This document shows positions 23,477 to 30,906 of a DNA stretch of 32,232 nt, piece by piece; position 1 is the stretch's first letter; each line of letters starts with the position of its first letter. Location of the stretch: contig CALKDV010000330.1 in assembly GCA_938084085.1 (NCBI GenBank), positions 1-32,232 on the forward strand. Direction: 5' to 3'. Position numbers and translations under genes: made by a program. Under the pieces are notes generated by a model. That model was given only the letters and a program-made list of their open reading frames with translations. It made no database searches and was not told where the DNA came from. Source of the stretch: an uncultured Nannocystaceae bacterium. Its GTDB lineage: Bacteria > Myxococcota_A > Polyangia > Nannocystales > Nannocystaceae.

Positions 23477-23968
23477 ATGCGCGCGCGGCCATCGCCTCTT
23501 GGCTGCAGGTTCAAGCGAGTCCGCATGCTCGCAGCCGCCGCCGTGTGGTTGCTGGCGAGCACGGCGACCCCTTCACCGCTGAGCGCGGCGGACACCTGCA
23601 ACCCGGACATTCTGTGCGCGATCTCCGGGACCGTCACGTTTAAGCCGGAGGCGACGATCTCTCGGGGCTCACTGCGCAAGGACTACAAGAAATACCGGCG
23701 TCGCAAAAAAGTTCCCGTCACCTTCATCGTCGCGGAAGGTCGAGCTTCCGTGTTTATCGACGGTGTCTACGAGGGCACGACGCCGACGGATCCGATCCCG
23801 CTGCGACCCGGGCGGCACGACGTCCAGCTGCGCGACAAAGAACTCATCGTGTCTCAGGGGGTGATGAGAATCTCCACCCGCAGCGATGAGGCCGTCATGA
23901 AGGTGCGACACCCCTCCGCGCGCCCGTCGGCGAAGCCCCGCGAAGACAGCGGGCCCCCGTCGATCTAA
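23477..23968 (+). CDS. PEGA domain-containing secreted protein
   Basis: The ATG directly abuts the upstream TAG, with GGGGAGG 7 nt upstream. Signal-like MLAAAAVWLLASTATPSPLSA. PEGA-like segment RASVFIDGVYEGTTPTDPIPLRPGRHDVQLRD. Confidence 0.7.
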   Translation: MRARPSPLGCRFKRVRMLAAAAVWLLASTATPSPLSAADTCNPDILCAISGTVTFKPEATISRGSLRKDYKKYRRRKKVPVTFIVAEGRASVFIDGVYEGTTPTDPIPLRPGRHDVQLRDKELIVSQGVMRISTRSDEAVMKVRHPSARPSAKPREDSGPPSI

Positions 23969-23999
23969 CTCACTCGCGAGGTGCGGACACCTCGAGCGC

Positions 24000-24977
24000 T
24001 CACTTCGCGGAGTAGCGGAGGTCCATGGCGATATTCTGCTCGATGACCATCTCTCCGAACGAGATCGTCATGAGGATGTCGAGCTTGCTCGCCCGGGGAA
24101 TACCCATGGACGGCTCCACCTCGATGGTTCCCGACACCTCTTGATCCACCGCCACGAACGCGCTCTGACCTCCTTGGCTCATCTCTTTCGCCCCGCTCGC
24201 AACGACCTCGATGGCCAGGCTGCTGATCGCGCCATCCCCCTCGCCGGCAGGCGCCGTGATCGAATACGCTTTCTCAAACTCCATCGGAATCTCTTGACCG
24301 AACAAGTTGATGTCTTTCTCCTCGGTCATCGTCTTCGTGGGATCCCCAAAAACGAGGCTCGGTACGGGGAACTCTGGCGGTCGCGCGAGATCCAGGAACT
24401 GGCTCCCCAGCGCGGTCACAACCGTCTCCTTCGAGACCTTGGGCTCCTCTCCCTCTGCTGGTTTTTCTTCACCTTCCTTGGCCGCAGCCCGCGCCTTCGC
24501 CTCGGCGGCTTTGGCGACGTTTTCAGGCAGCGCCTTGGCCATCTCGTCGTCGTCTTCCCCCTTCAGGTCGATCACCCAATACGAGGTCTGACCGGCGAGG
24601 TCACCGATGAGGGTCTCCACATCCATGTCACCAAACTGATCCTTCATGACACCGTCGGAGCTCACCGCCTCCACGGCGACCACGCGCCCGACCACTTTCA
24701 GGTGCGTGTCGTCCATGGGCTCAAAGCTGTACTCCGCCTCCCCCGTGATCGACATGTTGCCCGCTTGCGCCCCCGCCACCTCCATGGATACGGTGCCCGC
24801 CGCCTTGAGCGCGACCCCCGTGACCGGGTACCGCAGCGTCACTGCGTTGCTGGCCTCGGCGGAAGCCCCGTCCGCGGGCGACGCCGTCTCCCCCGTCGTT
24901 TTCTTGCACGCGGGGGTCATCGCGACGCACAAAAGCATGGAATACAGGACGGGCCGGGTCAAAAGGCGACGCAACAT
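24000..24977 (-). CDS. Lipoprotein of unknown function
   Basis: 325 aa starting at ATG 24977. MLRRLLTRPVLYSMLLCVAMTPACKK (lipobox-like MTPAC). It contains a Lys/Glu/Ala-rich linker (AKAAEAKARAAAKEGEEKPAEGEEPK). The plus-strand ORF 24141..25100 is an Arg-rich shadow. Confidence 0.7.
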   Translation of the reverse strand: MLRRLLTRPVLYSMLLCVAMTPACKKTTGETASPADGASAEASNAVTLRYPVTGVALKAAGTVSMEVAGAQAGNMSITGEAEYSFEPMDDTHLKVVGRVVAVEAVSSDGVMKDQFGDMDVETLIGDLAGQTSYWVIDLKGEDDDEMAKALPENVAKAAEAKARAAAKEGEEKPAEGEEPKVSKETVVTALGSQFLDLARPPEFPVPSLVFGDPTKTMTEEKDINLFGQEIPMEFEKAYSITAPAGEGDGAISSLAIEVVASGAKEMSQGGQSAFVAVDQEVSGTIEVEPSMGIPRASKLDILMTISFGEMVIEQNIAMDLRYSAK

Positions 24978-25110
24978 GGCCGCACGCTAGCGCCTGAAGG
25001 GGACAGACGCAACACGCGAGAGCGGCCTCCCAACGGGGCATTGGAGCCGTCGCGGGGCCTCCCCCGTCGGCAGTGGACCAAAGGGCGGTCCGCCTGCTAA
25101 ACCCACGCCC

Positions 25111-26028
25111 ATGTCGTGGCTCGCCGACCTCTTTGGACCTCGGATCCGACTCCCGAGGGACGTCCGTACCAAGGTACCGCGCAAGGCTCGCAAGGCCGCC
25201 GCGCAACCTCTCGCGGGGATGCAGCGGGTGGTGGACGAGCTTGGCGCGATGCCCGGCATCGCAGACATCAGCGACGAGAAGCGAGCACCCCGCGGCTTTT
25301 ACGCCAAGATCGATGAATTCCTCGACCTGTATGACGCCTATGTTGAAGTCGTCACGGTCACCATGGGGCTTGAAGGCGCCGCCAAGGCCGGCACCCCGGA
25401 AGGTCGTGGCGCATGCTGTGCAGCGCCGATGACGGTGAGCGCCATCGAGGCCATGCGGATCTACCGGGAGGTCCGAACGTGGCGCGATTTCCCTCAGGTC
25501 GGACAATCCCTCGCCGCGCTGGGTCAGCAACAATTTACCGACATCCAAGCCTTTCAAAAAGGGGCGGACCCCGAAAAGATGCGCGTCGCCGGCCGCGCCC
25601 TCCAGAAGGGACGCCGACGCTTCGCCCAACGTGGCGAGCCGTGCCCCTTGCTCGACACGAAAAAAGGCAAGTGTCGCGCGTGGTCTGTTCGACCGCTCAG
25701 CTGCCGTATGCACCACATCCTCCCCCCAACCGAGCGGGCCCACCCGCAGCACGACGCGCACGATCGCGTCGACGTGCGAAATATCCGCATCCCGATCCGC
25801 AAGCAGGCCGCGCTTCAACAGCTCGACAAACGCATGAGCCTCGGTCTCGCTCCGTTCATGTACGCCGGCGTACTACAGCTCCTGGAGCTGGCGCAGGGCG
25901 AGCTCATCCCCGAGACCGGCGAAGCGGTGCAACGCATGGGTCAAGATGGGCGCGTACAACAGCGGGCGAACCGAAACGTAAAGCACGCCAAGAAGTTTAA
26001 GGGCAAAGGCAAAGGGCGCCGGAAGTGA
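25111..26028 (+). CDS. YkgJ/UPF0153-like cysteine-cluster (putative Zn/Fe-chelating) protein with a long N-terminal extension and a Lys-rich tail
   Basis: 305 aa starting at ATG. GACCAAPMTVSAIEAMRIYREV and EPCPLLDTKKGKCRAWSVRPLSCRMHH resemble the CxxCxxCC-family pattern (CPFL..g.C.iY..RP..CR). The first CxxC pair is missing. The tail is KHAKKFKGKGKGRRK. The antisense ORF 24721..25818 is rejected. Confidence 0.65.
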   Translation: MSWLADLFGPRIRLPRDVRTKVPRKARKAAAQPLAGMQRVVDELGAMPGIADISDEKRAPRGFYAKIDEFLDLYDAYVEVVTVTMGLEGAAKAGTPEGRGACCAAPMTVSAIEAMRIYREVRTWRDFPQVGQSLAALGQQQFTDIQAFQKGADPEKMRVAGRALQKGRRRFAQRGEPCPLLDTKKGKCRAWSVRPLSCRMHHILPPTERAHPQHDAHDRVDVRNIRIPIRKQAALQQLDKRMSLGLAPFMYAGVLQLLELAQGELIPETGEAVQRMGQDGRVQQRANRNVKHAKKFKGKGKGRRK

Positions 26029-26173
26029 CGCGGCCCCTTTTCATGACCGACCCAAATTAGAACTGCCCACGGCGCGTACGTGAATGCGCACCGCGAGGAG
26101 TCAAATTGAGACCTTTCGTGCGGCGCTTTTGCGCGGTGCTACGCTTTTCTTGAAGACGATTAGCGAGCTCCAC

Positions 26174-26824
26174 ATGAAATCCCTAGCGCAGCTGAAGCCT
26201 ACCCAAAGGTCGCGCAGCGCCTACCACGAGGCGGGGCATTTTGTTGTGGCGCTCGCGCTAGATTCCCCCGCCCTGCAGGTCCGCGCGCTCCATATCATCG
26301 AGTCCGAACGGCACACGGGCGCGGTCGTCACCGACAGCGAGGGCATCTACGACTGGGACGACGCGAGAGAGGTCTGCACCATATTGTTGGCGGGATTCCA
26401 CGCAGAGAGTCAGTTCTCGGGCGAGCCCATGATCGAGGCCGCCGCCACCGATCTGCTCCAAGCGGAAGAGCTCATCCGAGAGCTCTCAGACTCCCCTCAA
26501 CACTGGACCACCCACGCCCTTGAGATCAGCGCTCGCGCGCGGCGCATCGTCTCCATGTACTGGTCCGCCATCGACGCGCTCGCCCGCGAGCTGCTGTGCA
26601 GCTCGCGCATCGAGGAAGCGCGCGCGCGCGACATCGTCTCTCAACACCGACCCTCTCCGCCTCCCCGGAGCGAGCGACCCCTTGAGCTGAAGCGAAGATG
26701 GTCCTCGCACACCAACGCCAGTCGCCTCAGTCAGCGGCTGGGAGCTTCGCTACGGATACAGCGTGCCGCGAGCGCCGTGCCCTCTGGGAAATCGACCGAT
26801 TCCCAGGGTGCGGACGGATCGTAG
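26174..26824 (+). CDS. Stand-alone FtsH-like peptidase M41 domain protein (no AAA+ module, no TM)
   Basis: Track ORF 26084..26824; I prefer the ATG at 26174 (MKSLAQLKPTQRSRSAYHEAGHFVVALAL). The HEAGH zinc motif is followed by ILLAGFHAESQFSGEP and AAATDLLQAEELI. These parallel FtsH LLGGRAAEE..FG and TGASNDIxxAT, which holds the third zinc ligand Asp. The last ~60 codons are low-complexity with weaker codon bias. Confidence 0.65.
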   Translation: MKSLAQLKPTQRSRSAYHEAGHFVVALALDSPALQVRALHIIESERHTGAVVTDSEGIYDWDDAREVCTILLAGFHAESQFSGEPMIEAAATDLLQAEELIRELSDSPQHWTTHALEISARARRIVSMYWSAIDALARELLCSSRIEEARARDIVSQHRPSPPPRSERPLELKRRWSSHTNASRLSQRLGASLRIQRAASAVPSGKSTDSQGADGS

Positions 26825-28209
26825 GCCTCCGTCTGGGTGATCGGCCCGTCCAACGTCCAGAAGGGGCCAGGTCCCGCGAAGGCCATCGAGAGCGGAGCAC
26901 CCGGCGAAAATTCGCTGCGCCGGGGCAAACGAAACCCGCCCTCGCCCGACCCTCCCGCCGGCACCCGAAGATGCTTACAAAATGCACGCGCCTCCTCAAA
27001 GTTGACCGCGTCGGCCACACCACCGAAGACCTCAAGCGCCCCGATGCGCTTGGTCGTGGGGACCGCGGGCGCGGACGCCGGCACCTTCAGCGCTTCATCG
27101 GTCTCGCGGAGATCACTCGCGCAGCGAAAACCGACGCGCGGAGACGGGCCGATGGATGCCCACGGTGCGAGCCCGCCTTGGGAAGTGTCCCGCGGGAGGG
27201 CGGCAGCGGGAAGGTCGAGCCCCGAGCGGCGATTTGCCACACGCCCGTACTTCACCACGAATCGCTGCGTCGCCGCGGCCTTTTTGTCTCCCCCAGCCCC
27301 GAAGAGTATTTCACGATGCTCTCGACGAGCACGAGCGACCGGGCCGTCCGCGACACGAAAATCCGCCGCGAGAAATGATCGGAGTCCCGCGTCGTCGTCG
27401 TAGGCGTCAGCGACCCACTCCATCACGCCGATCCCCATCCCAAAGATTCCGAAGTAGCCACGATCGAGATGGGTCAAATTCGACGGGAGTGGACCTTGAG
27501 GTAGCTCGTCATTAACCTCATTGCCCCACGGGAAGACGCGACCATCGACACCGCGCGCAGCGTACTCCCACTCCGCCTCCGTCGGCAGTCGCCCGCCGCG
27601 CGCCACACAAAACGCCTGCGCCTGCGCGTGCGAGACGCACGTTTGAGGGAACAGCTCTGCGGTGCTCGTGAAGCGCTCAGGAACGCGTGCCGGCTCGTCG
27701 CGTGGACACTCGGTGGCCGTACACGCTCCCTCCTCGACGCACGCTGCGTAGGCCTTCTTTGTCACCTCTTGGAGATCGATGAAGAAGCTCTCCACAGTGC
27801 GCAGGCGCGGCGGGTTGGCAGACCATCGAACATAGGGCGGCGTGCTGCCAACGACAACGCTGTAGAGCCGGGGGATGTCTCCCATCACAAAGTCGCCGGT
27901 GGGGATTTGGACCCGCTGCACGTAGCCAGCATCGTAGGTCGCGAGGGTCGTACACGTGCCGTCTCCGCGCCGCCCCGTGGTCGGTCCACACGCGTCCGCC
28001 GTCCCGTCGCCGCCCCCGTCCGTCGACTCCGCGCCGTCGACGGCGGCCGTCTCCTGCTCAACGGCGGGACGTGGCGCGGGCACCGGGACGGCGCGGTCGA
28101 GGTGCCCATGCTGTGGGATCGGTCCTGAACATCCAACGAGCCCAACCACCATCCACCCAGCCGCGCCTCGCCGCCACCTTCCGGCACCCTCAAGCGCGAG
28201 CACCATCAT
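26731..28209 (-). CDS. FGE-sulfatase (SUMF1/formylglycine-generating-enzyme fold) domain lipoprotein
   Basis: Track ORF 26731..28275. The ATG at 28209 forms an ATGA overlap with the upstream symporter stop and gives MMVLALEGAGRWRRGAAGWMVVGLVGCSG (lipobox LVGC). Hallmarks: FCVARGGRLPTEAEWEYAARGVDGRVFPWGNE, GIGVMEWVADAYDDD, RVGFRCASD. A second shorter lectin-like repeat follows (FEEARAFCKHLRV...GFRLPRRSEF). Confidence 0.85.
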   Translation of the reverse strand: MMVLALEGAGRWRRGAAGWMVVGLVGCSGPIPQHGHLDRAVPVPAPRPAVEQETAAVDGAESTDGGGDGTADACGPTTGRRGDGTCTTLATYDAGYVQRVQIPTGDFVMGDIPRLYSVVVGSTPPYVRWSANPPRLRTVESFFIDLQEVTKKAYAACVEEGACTATECPRDEPARVPERFTSTAELFPQTCVSHAQAQAFCVARGGRLPTEAEWEYAARGVDGRVFPWGNEVNDELPQGPLPSNLTHLDRGYFGIFGMGIGVMEWVADAYDDDAGLRSFLAADFRVADGPVARARREHREILFGAGGDKKAAATQRFVVKYGRVANRRSGLDLPAAALPRDTSQGGLAPWASIGPSPRVGFRCASDLRETDEALKVPASAPAVPTTKRIGALEVFGGVADAVNFEEARAFCKHLRVPAGGSGEGGFRLPRRSEFSPGAPLSMAFAGPGPFWTLDGPITQTEAYDPSAPWESVDFPEGTALAARCIRSEAPSR

Positions 28210-29720
28210 CGCGCCCCCAACTCGAACGTTGCCAAATGGTCCGGGCTGCTTCGCGTCGTCCATACGGAGACGCATACCAAGACAAGGGCGTTCACCGCCA
28301 CTGATAGGAAACCGATTTCCACCCCCGCTGGATTCATGCGCCCATAAAAGGCGGGATCAGCGTACTGCAGCGAAAACAGAACCAGCGCAGACAACAGGCC
28401 ACAAGAGAGCCCAAGCTCGGCGCCTCGCCGTGTGGCGCCACGCCAATACAAGCCAGCCAACACCAGCGGAAGAAACTGCACGGGGATCGCATAGGAGAGC
28501 AAGAGCAGCTCCACCACCGGCAGCGACCCGGCCAGCGCGAAAAGTTGCCAGCCGAGGTATGCGAACACCAGGACGAATCCACGAATCACGGCGGTCTGGG
28601 CGCGGTCGCTCATGATTCGGCCGGCGGCCCCCACCCACACGTCGCGGACAAAGATGGACGCCGCACCATGAAGCAAGGCATCCCCGGTCGACATGGACGC
28701 CGCCAAGATCGCGAACGCGACCCCCGCCATCAGCAAGCCGTGATCTCCCAGCGACTGCACCACACTCCCCGGCGCTGGGTGGTGCTCAGGAAGTCGAGCG
28801 ATCCAGAGCAGGACGGAATCATCGCCGGGGCCGCCGAGCGCGACCGCCGTGTACCCCAGAAACACCAGGGGCAACAAGAACAGCAAAAAGGTCGGATACA
28901 TGGCCACCGAGAGCTGTACAAGGCGGGCGCTCCGCGCCGTAAAACACTTCATGAACACGTGGGGCCACATGGAGAAACCGAGCACCGAGAGCAGCACCTC
29001 CGACGTGTAGCGAAAATCGCTGGTCTGGGCCTCGGGACCTGGCAAGGTCAGATGCGCCGGGTGGCGCGCGACGATCTCGTCAAACAGGCCTTCAACGCCC
29101 CCGAAATATGCTGCCGGCACCGTGAGACCCACAGTCCACACGACCACCAGCATCACGATCCCTTGCAAGACGTTGGTCCAGCCGACCCCGCGGACGCCTC
29201 CGAGGATGACATAGGAGACAACGACGGCGTAGACACACGCGGCGCCCGCCAAGCGGCTCCATCCCGTCACGGCCTCGAGCACGATCCCCGCGCCCTTCAT
29301 CTGGATAACCAGATACGGAATGAAGCTCGCGACACTCGCCACGCCCATCAACCCCGTGACCCATCGACTCTCAAATCTCGCCCCCACAAACTCAGCCTGG
29401 GTGACGTAGCCATAGCGGGCACCGATGCGACGAATCTTCGCGCCCATAAAAAACAAGGGGACAAAGCCCACGCTCCCAAACGCGAAGATGTAGAACATGT
29501 CGCTCCCCTTGGCCACGACCCGCTGGGGTGTGCCGAGCAACGCGTACGCGGAGAAAATGGTCGCGCCCATCACGAAGTACATCAGCACAGGACCGAAGGC
29601 ACGGTCTCCCGCGACAAAATCCGTGACGCCCCCTCCGCCCCTCCGCCCCGCGAGGACGCCAAGCACCAGCGCTATCGCCAGATATCCAAAGACGACGACA
29701 GCGGCGATGGGCTCGGTCAC
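28206..29720 (-). CDS. Sodium:solute symporter (SSS) family transporter
   Basis: 504 aa starting at GTG 29720, with about 13 hydrophobic segments. The N-terminus VVFGYLAIALVLGVLAGRRGGGGVTDFVAGDRAFGPVLMYFVMGATIFSAYALLGTP is typical of SSS carriers. Confidence 0.88.
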   Translation of the reverse strand: MTEPIAAVVVFGYLAIALVLGVLAGRRGGGGVTDFVAGDRAFGPVLMYFVMGATIFSAYALLGTPQRVVAKGSDMFYIFAFGSVGFVPLFFMGAKIRRIGARYGYVTQAEFVGARFESRWVTGLMGVASVASFIPYLVIQMKGAGIVLEAVTGWSRLAGAACVYAVVVSYVILGGVRGVGWTNVLQGIVMLVVVWTVGLTVPAAYFGGVEGLFDEIVARHPAHLTLPGPEAQTSDFRYTSEVLLSVLGFSMWPHVFMKCFTARSARLVQLSVAMYPTFLLFLLPLVFLGYTAVALGGPGDDSVLLWIARLPEHHPAPGSVVQSLGDHGLLMAGVAFAILAASMSTGDALLHGAASIFVRDVWVGAAGRIMSDRAQTAVIRGFVLVFAYLGWQLFALAGSLPVVELLLLSYAIPVQFLPLVLAGLYWRGATRRGAELGLSCGLLSALVLFSLQYADPAFYGRMNPAGVEIGFLSVAVNALVLVCVSVWTTRSSPDHLATFELGAR

Positions 29721-30031
29721 GAGTCCACGGTCCCCTCTTGAGCCGGCCGCCGTTCGTCGATCTCCTCGGGAGCCAAGGCCTCACGTGAATCCACCACCCG
29801 CGCGGCGTACAGCCCGAGCAACACAAAAGCGTTCATCGTCACCACGCCCAGCACGTAGCAAAGAGACCACGGCATCCCCAAGATCCGCGGTTCCACGTGG
29901 TTGCCGAGCATGGGAAACAAGGGCCACACCAAGCCGGCGGTCACGACCACAAAATACGCGACCGCGATTCGGGTCCAACGAGCGCCTCCCATCCACGTGA
30001 TCATCGCACGAAGGCGGCGCCCGCCGCACAT
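29717..30031 (-). CDS. Small two-TM membrane protein, DUF3311-like SSS-transporter partner
   Basis: Its stop overlaps the symporter GTG as GTGA (29717-29720). RIAVAYFVVVTAGLVWPLFPMLGNHVEPRILGMPWSLCYVLGVVTMNAFVLLGLYA resembles the small proteins encoded upstream of SSS genes. The start is uncertain (ATG 30031, 30004 or 29992). Confidence 0.65.
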   Translation of the reverse strand: MCGGRRLRAMITWMGGARWTRIAVAYFVVVTAGLVWPLFPMLGNHVEPRILGMPWSLCYVLGVVTMNAFVLLGLYAARVVDSREALAPEEIDERRPAQEGTVDS

Positions 30032-30379
30032 GTCGCACGAGGGGTGCCGTGGGACGACCTCTGGCCCCCCAACGCTCCCGCCAGGCGCTCCCTGCTTTAG
30101 GTGCTCCGTCCACGGACGGCGCGCAGATCAAGGCGTCGCGCATCCCCCGTGTTGACGCGCTTCGTTCAATTTTTGACCCTGGTCCCGCGCGGTTAAACCT
30201 TCGACGTGTTCAAGGTTACGGGCGCCTGCCACTGCTTTTTTAGGAGTGATCTCCTCATGATACGCGCAGAGTCTCCCGTGCGATGCTGGTGTGACTTTCG
30301 ATCGTCTAGATCGACGTGGCGATTCCAGAATTGTCGACCATGCTCCCGATGAGGTGGTCCACCACCTCTGGAGTCCACC

Positions 30380-30808
30380 ATGAGTCTACGCGGAAACATT
30401 GAGCACATCGTACATTCCAACGGTATCGAAGCGGCGCTAGTCCGAGTCGAAGAGCAGCCGGATACCTTCGCCGGTAGCGAGGAGTGGAACGAGACTCTCG
30501 CCACCGCGCTCGACGTCTTTCGCCTGTCTGAGCAGTCCAGCGTTCGCATCGTTGTTGGCAAACACACCCTGGTGGTGCAACAAGAGCGCGGCGAACAGGT
30601 CGCGGTGGCGCTGCCCACGGGCCATCCCATGGCCAAGTCCTTGAGACGAATGCTACGCCGGATGGCGCGAAAAGACCGGGGGCCGCTCGCCAGCGCGGCG
30701 CCGCCTGAGGTTCGCGCAGTGCCGCACGTGGCGCAGAGCAGCGAGCGAACGCCAGGCCACATGCACAGCGACGAGGGTGCGGCGAGCCACGCCGTGTTCT
30801 CCTTCTAA
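30380..30808 (+). CDS. Hypothetical protein, possibly Roadblock/LC7 (MglB-like) fold
   Basis: 142 aa starting at ATG, preceded by GGAG 7-10 nt upstream. The pattern IEAALVRVEEQPDTFAGSE..TLATALDVFRL..VRIVVGKHTLVVQQERGEQVAVALPTGHPMAKSLRRMLRRMAR loosely follows Roadblock/LC7 secondary-structure periodicity. The antisense ORF 30193..30762 is rejected. Confidence 0.45.
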   Translation: MSLRGNIEHIVHSNGIEAALVRVEEQPDTFAGSEEWNETLATALDVFRLSEQSSVRIVVGKHTLVVQQERGEQVAVALPTGHPMAKSLRRMLRRMARKDRGPLASAAPPEVRAVPHVAQSSERTPGHMHSDEGAASHAVFSF

Positions 30809-30906
30809 GCTGGAGGCTTCAAGGGGAGACTGTGCGCATCTGCCGCCCTCGCTGCTGGTCCCGAAACGGGGTTGAGACGGGTTCGACGCGCTGAGGCGCT
30901 CCGTGC

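Noticed and set aside
24141-25818. Plus ORF 24141-25100 (319 aa) and minus ORF 24721-25818 (365 aa)
   Set aside because: They overlap the lipoprotein gene (24000-24977, minus) and the YkgJ-like gene (25111-26028, plus) respectively. The accepted frames carry signal or lipobox and Cys-cluster motifs. The rejected ones are Arg/Gly-rich shadows.
26011-26041. Possible intrinsic terminator after the YkgJ-like gene (AAAGGGC...GCCCCTTTT)
   Set aside because: Only about 4 G-C pairs with a bulge, and the stop codon sits in the loop. It is too weak to report as a feature.
28545-29741. 398-aa plus-strand ORF
   Set aside because: Antisense to the SSS symporter. It has a basic low-complexity composition with no hydrophobic or catalytic motifs.
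30860-30900. GGGTTCGAC string resembling a tRNA T-loop in the convergent intergenic region
   Set aside because: There is no complementary T-stem, acceptor stem or anticodon arm around it. Only weak 4-bp hairpins can be drawn.
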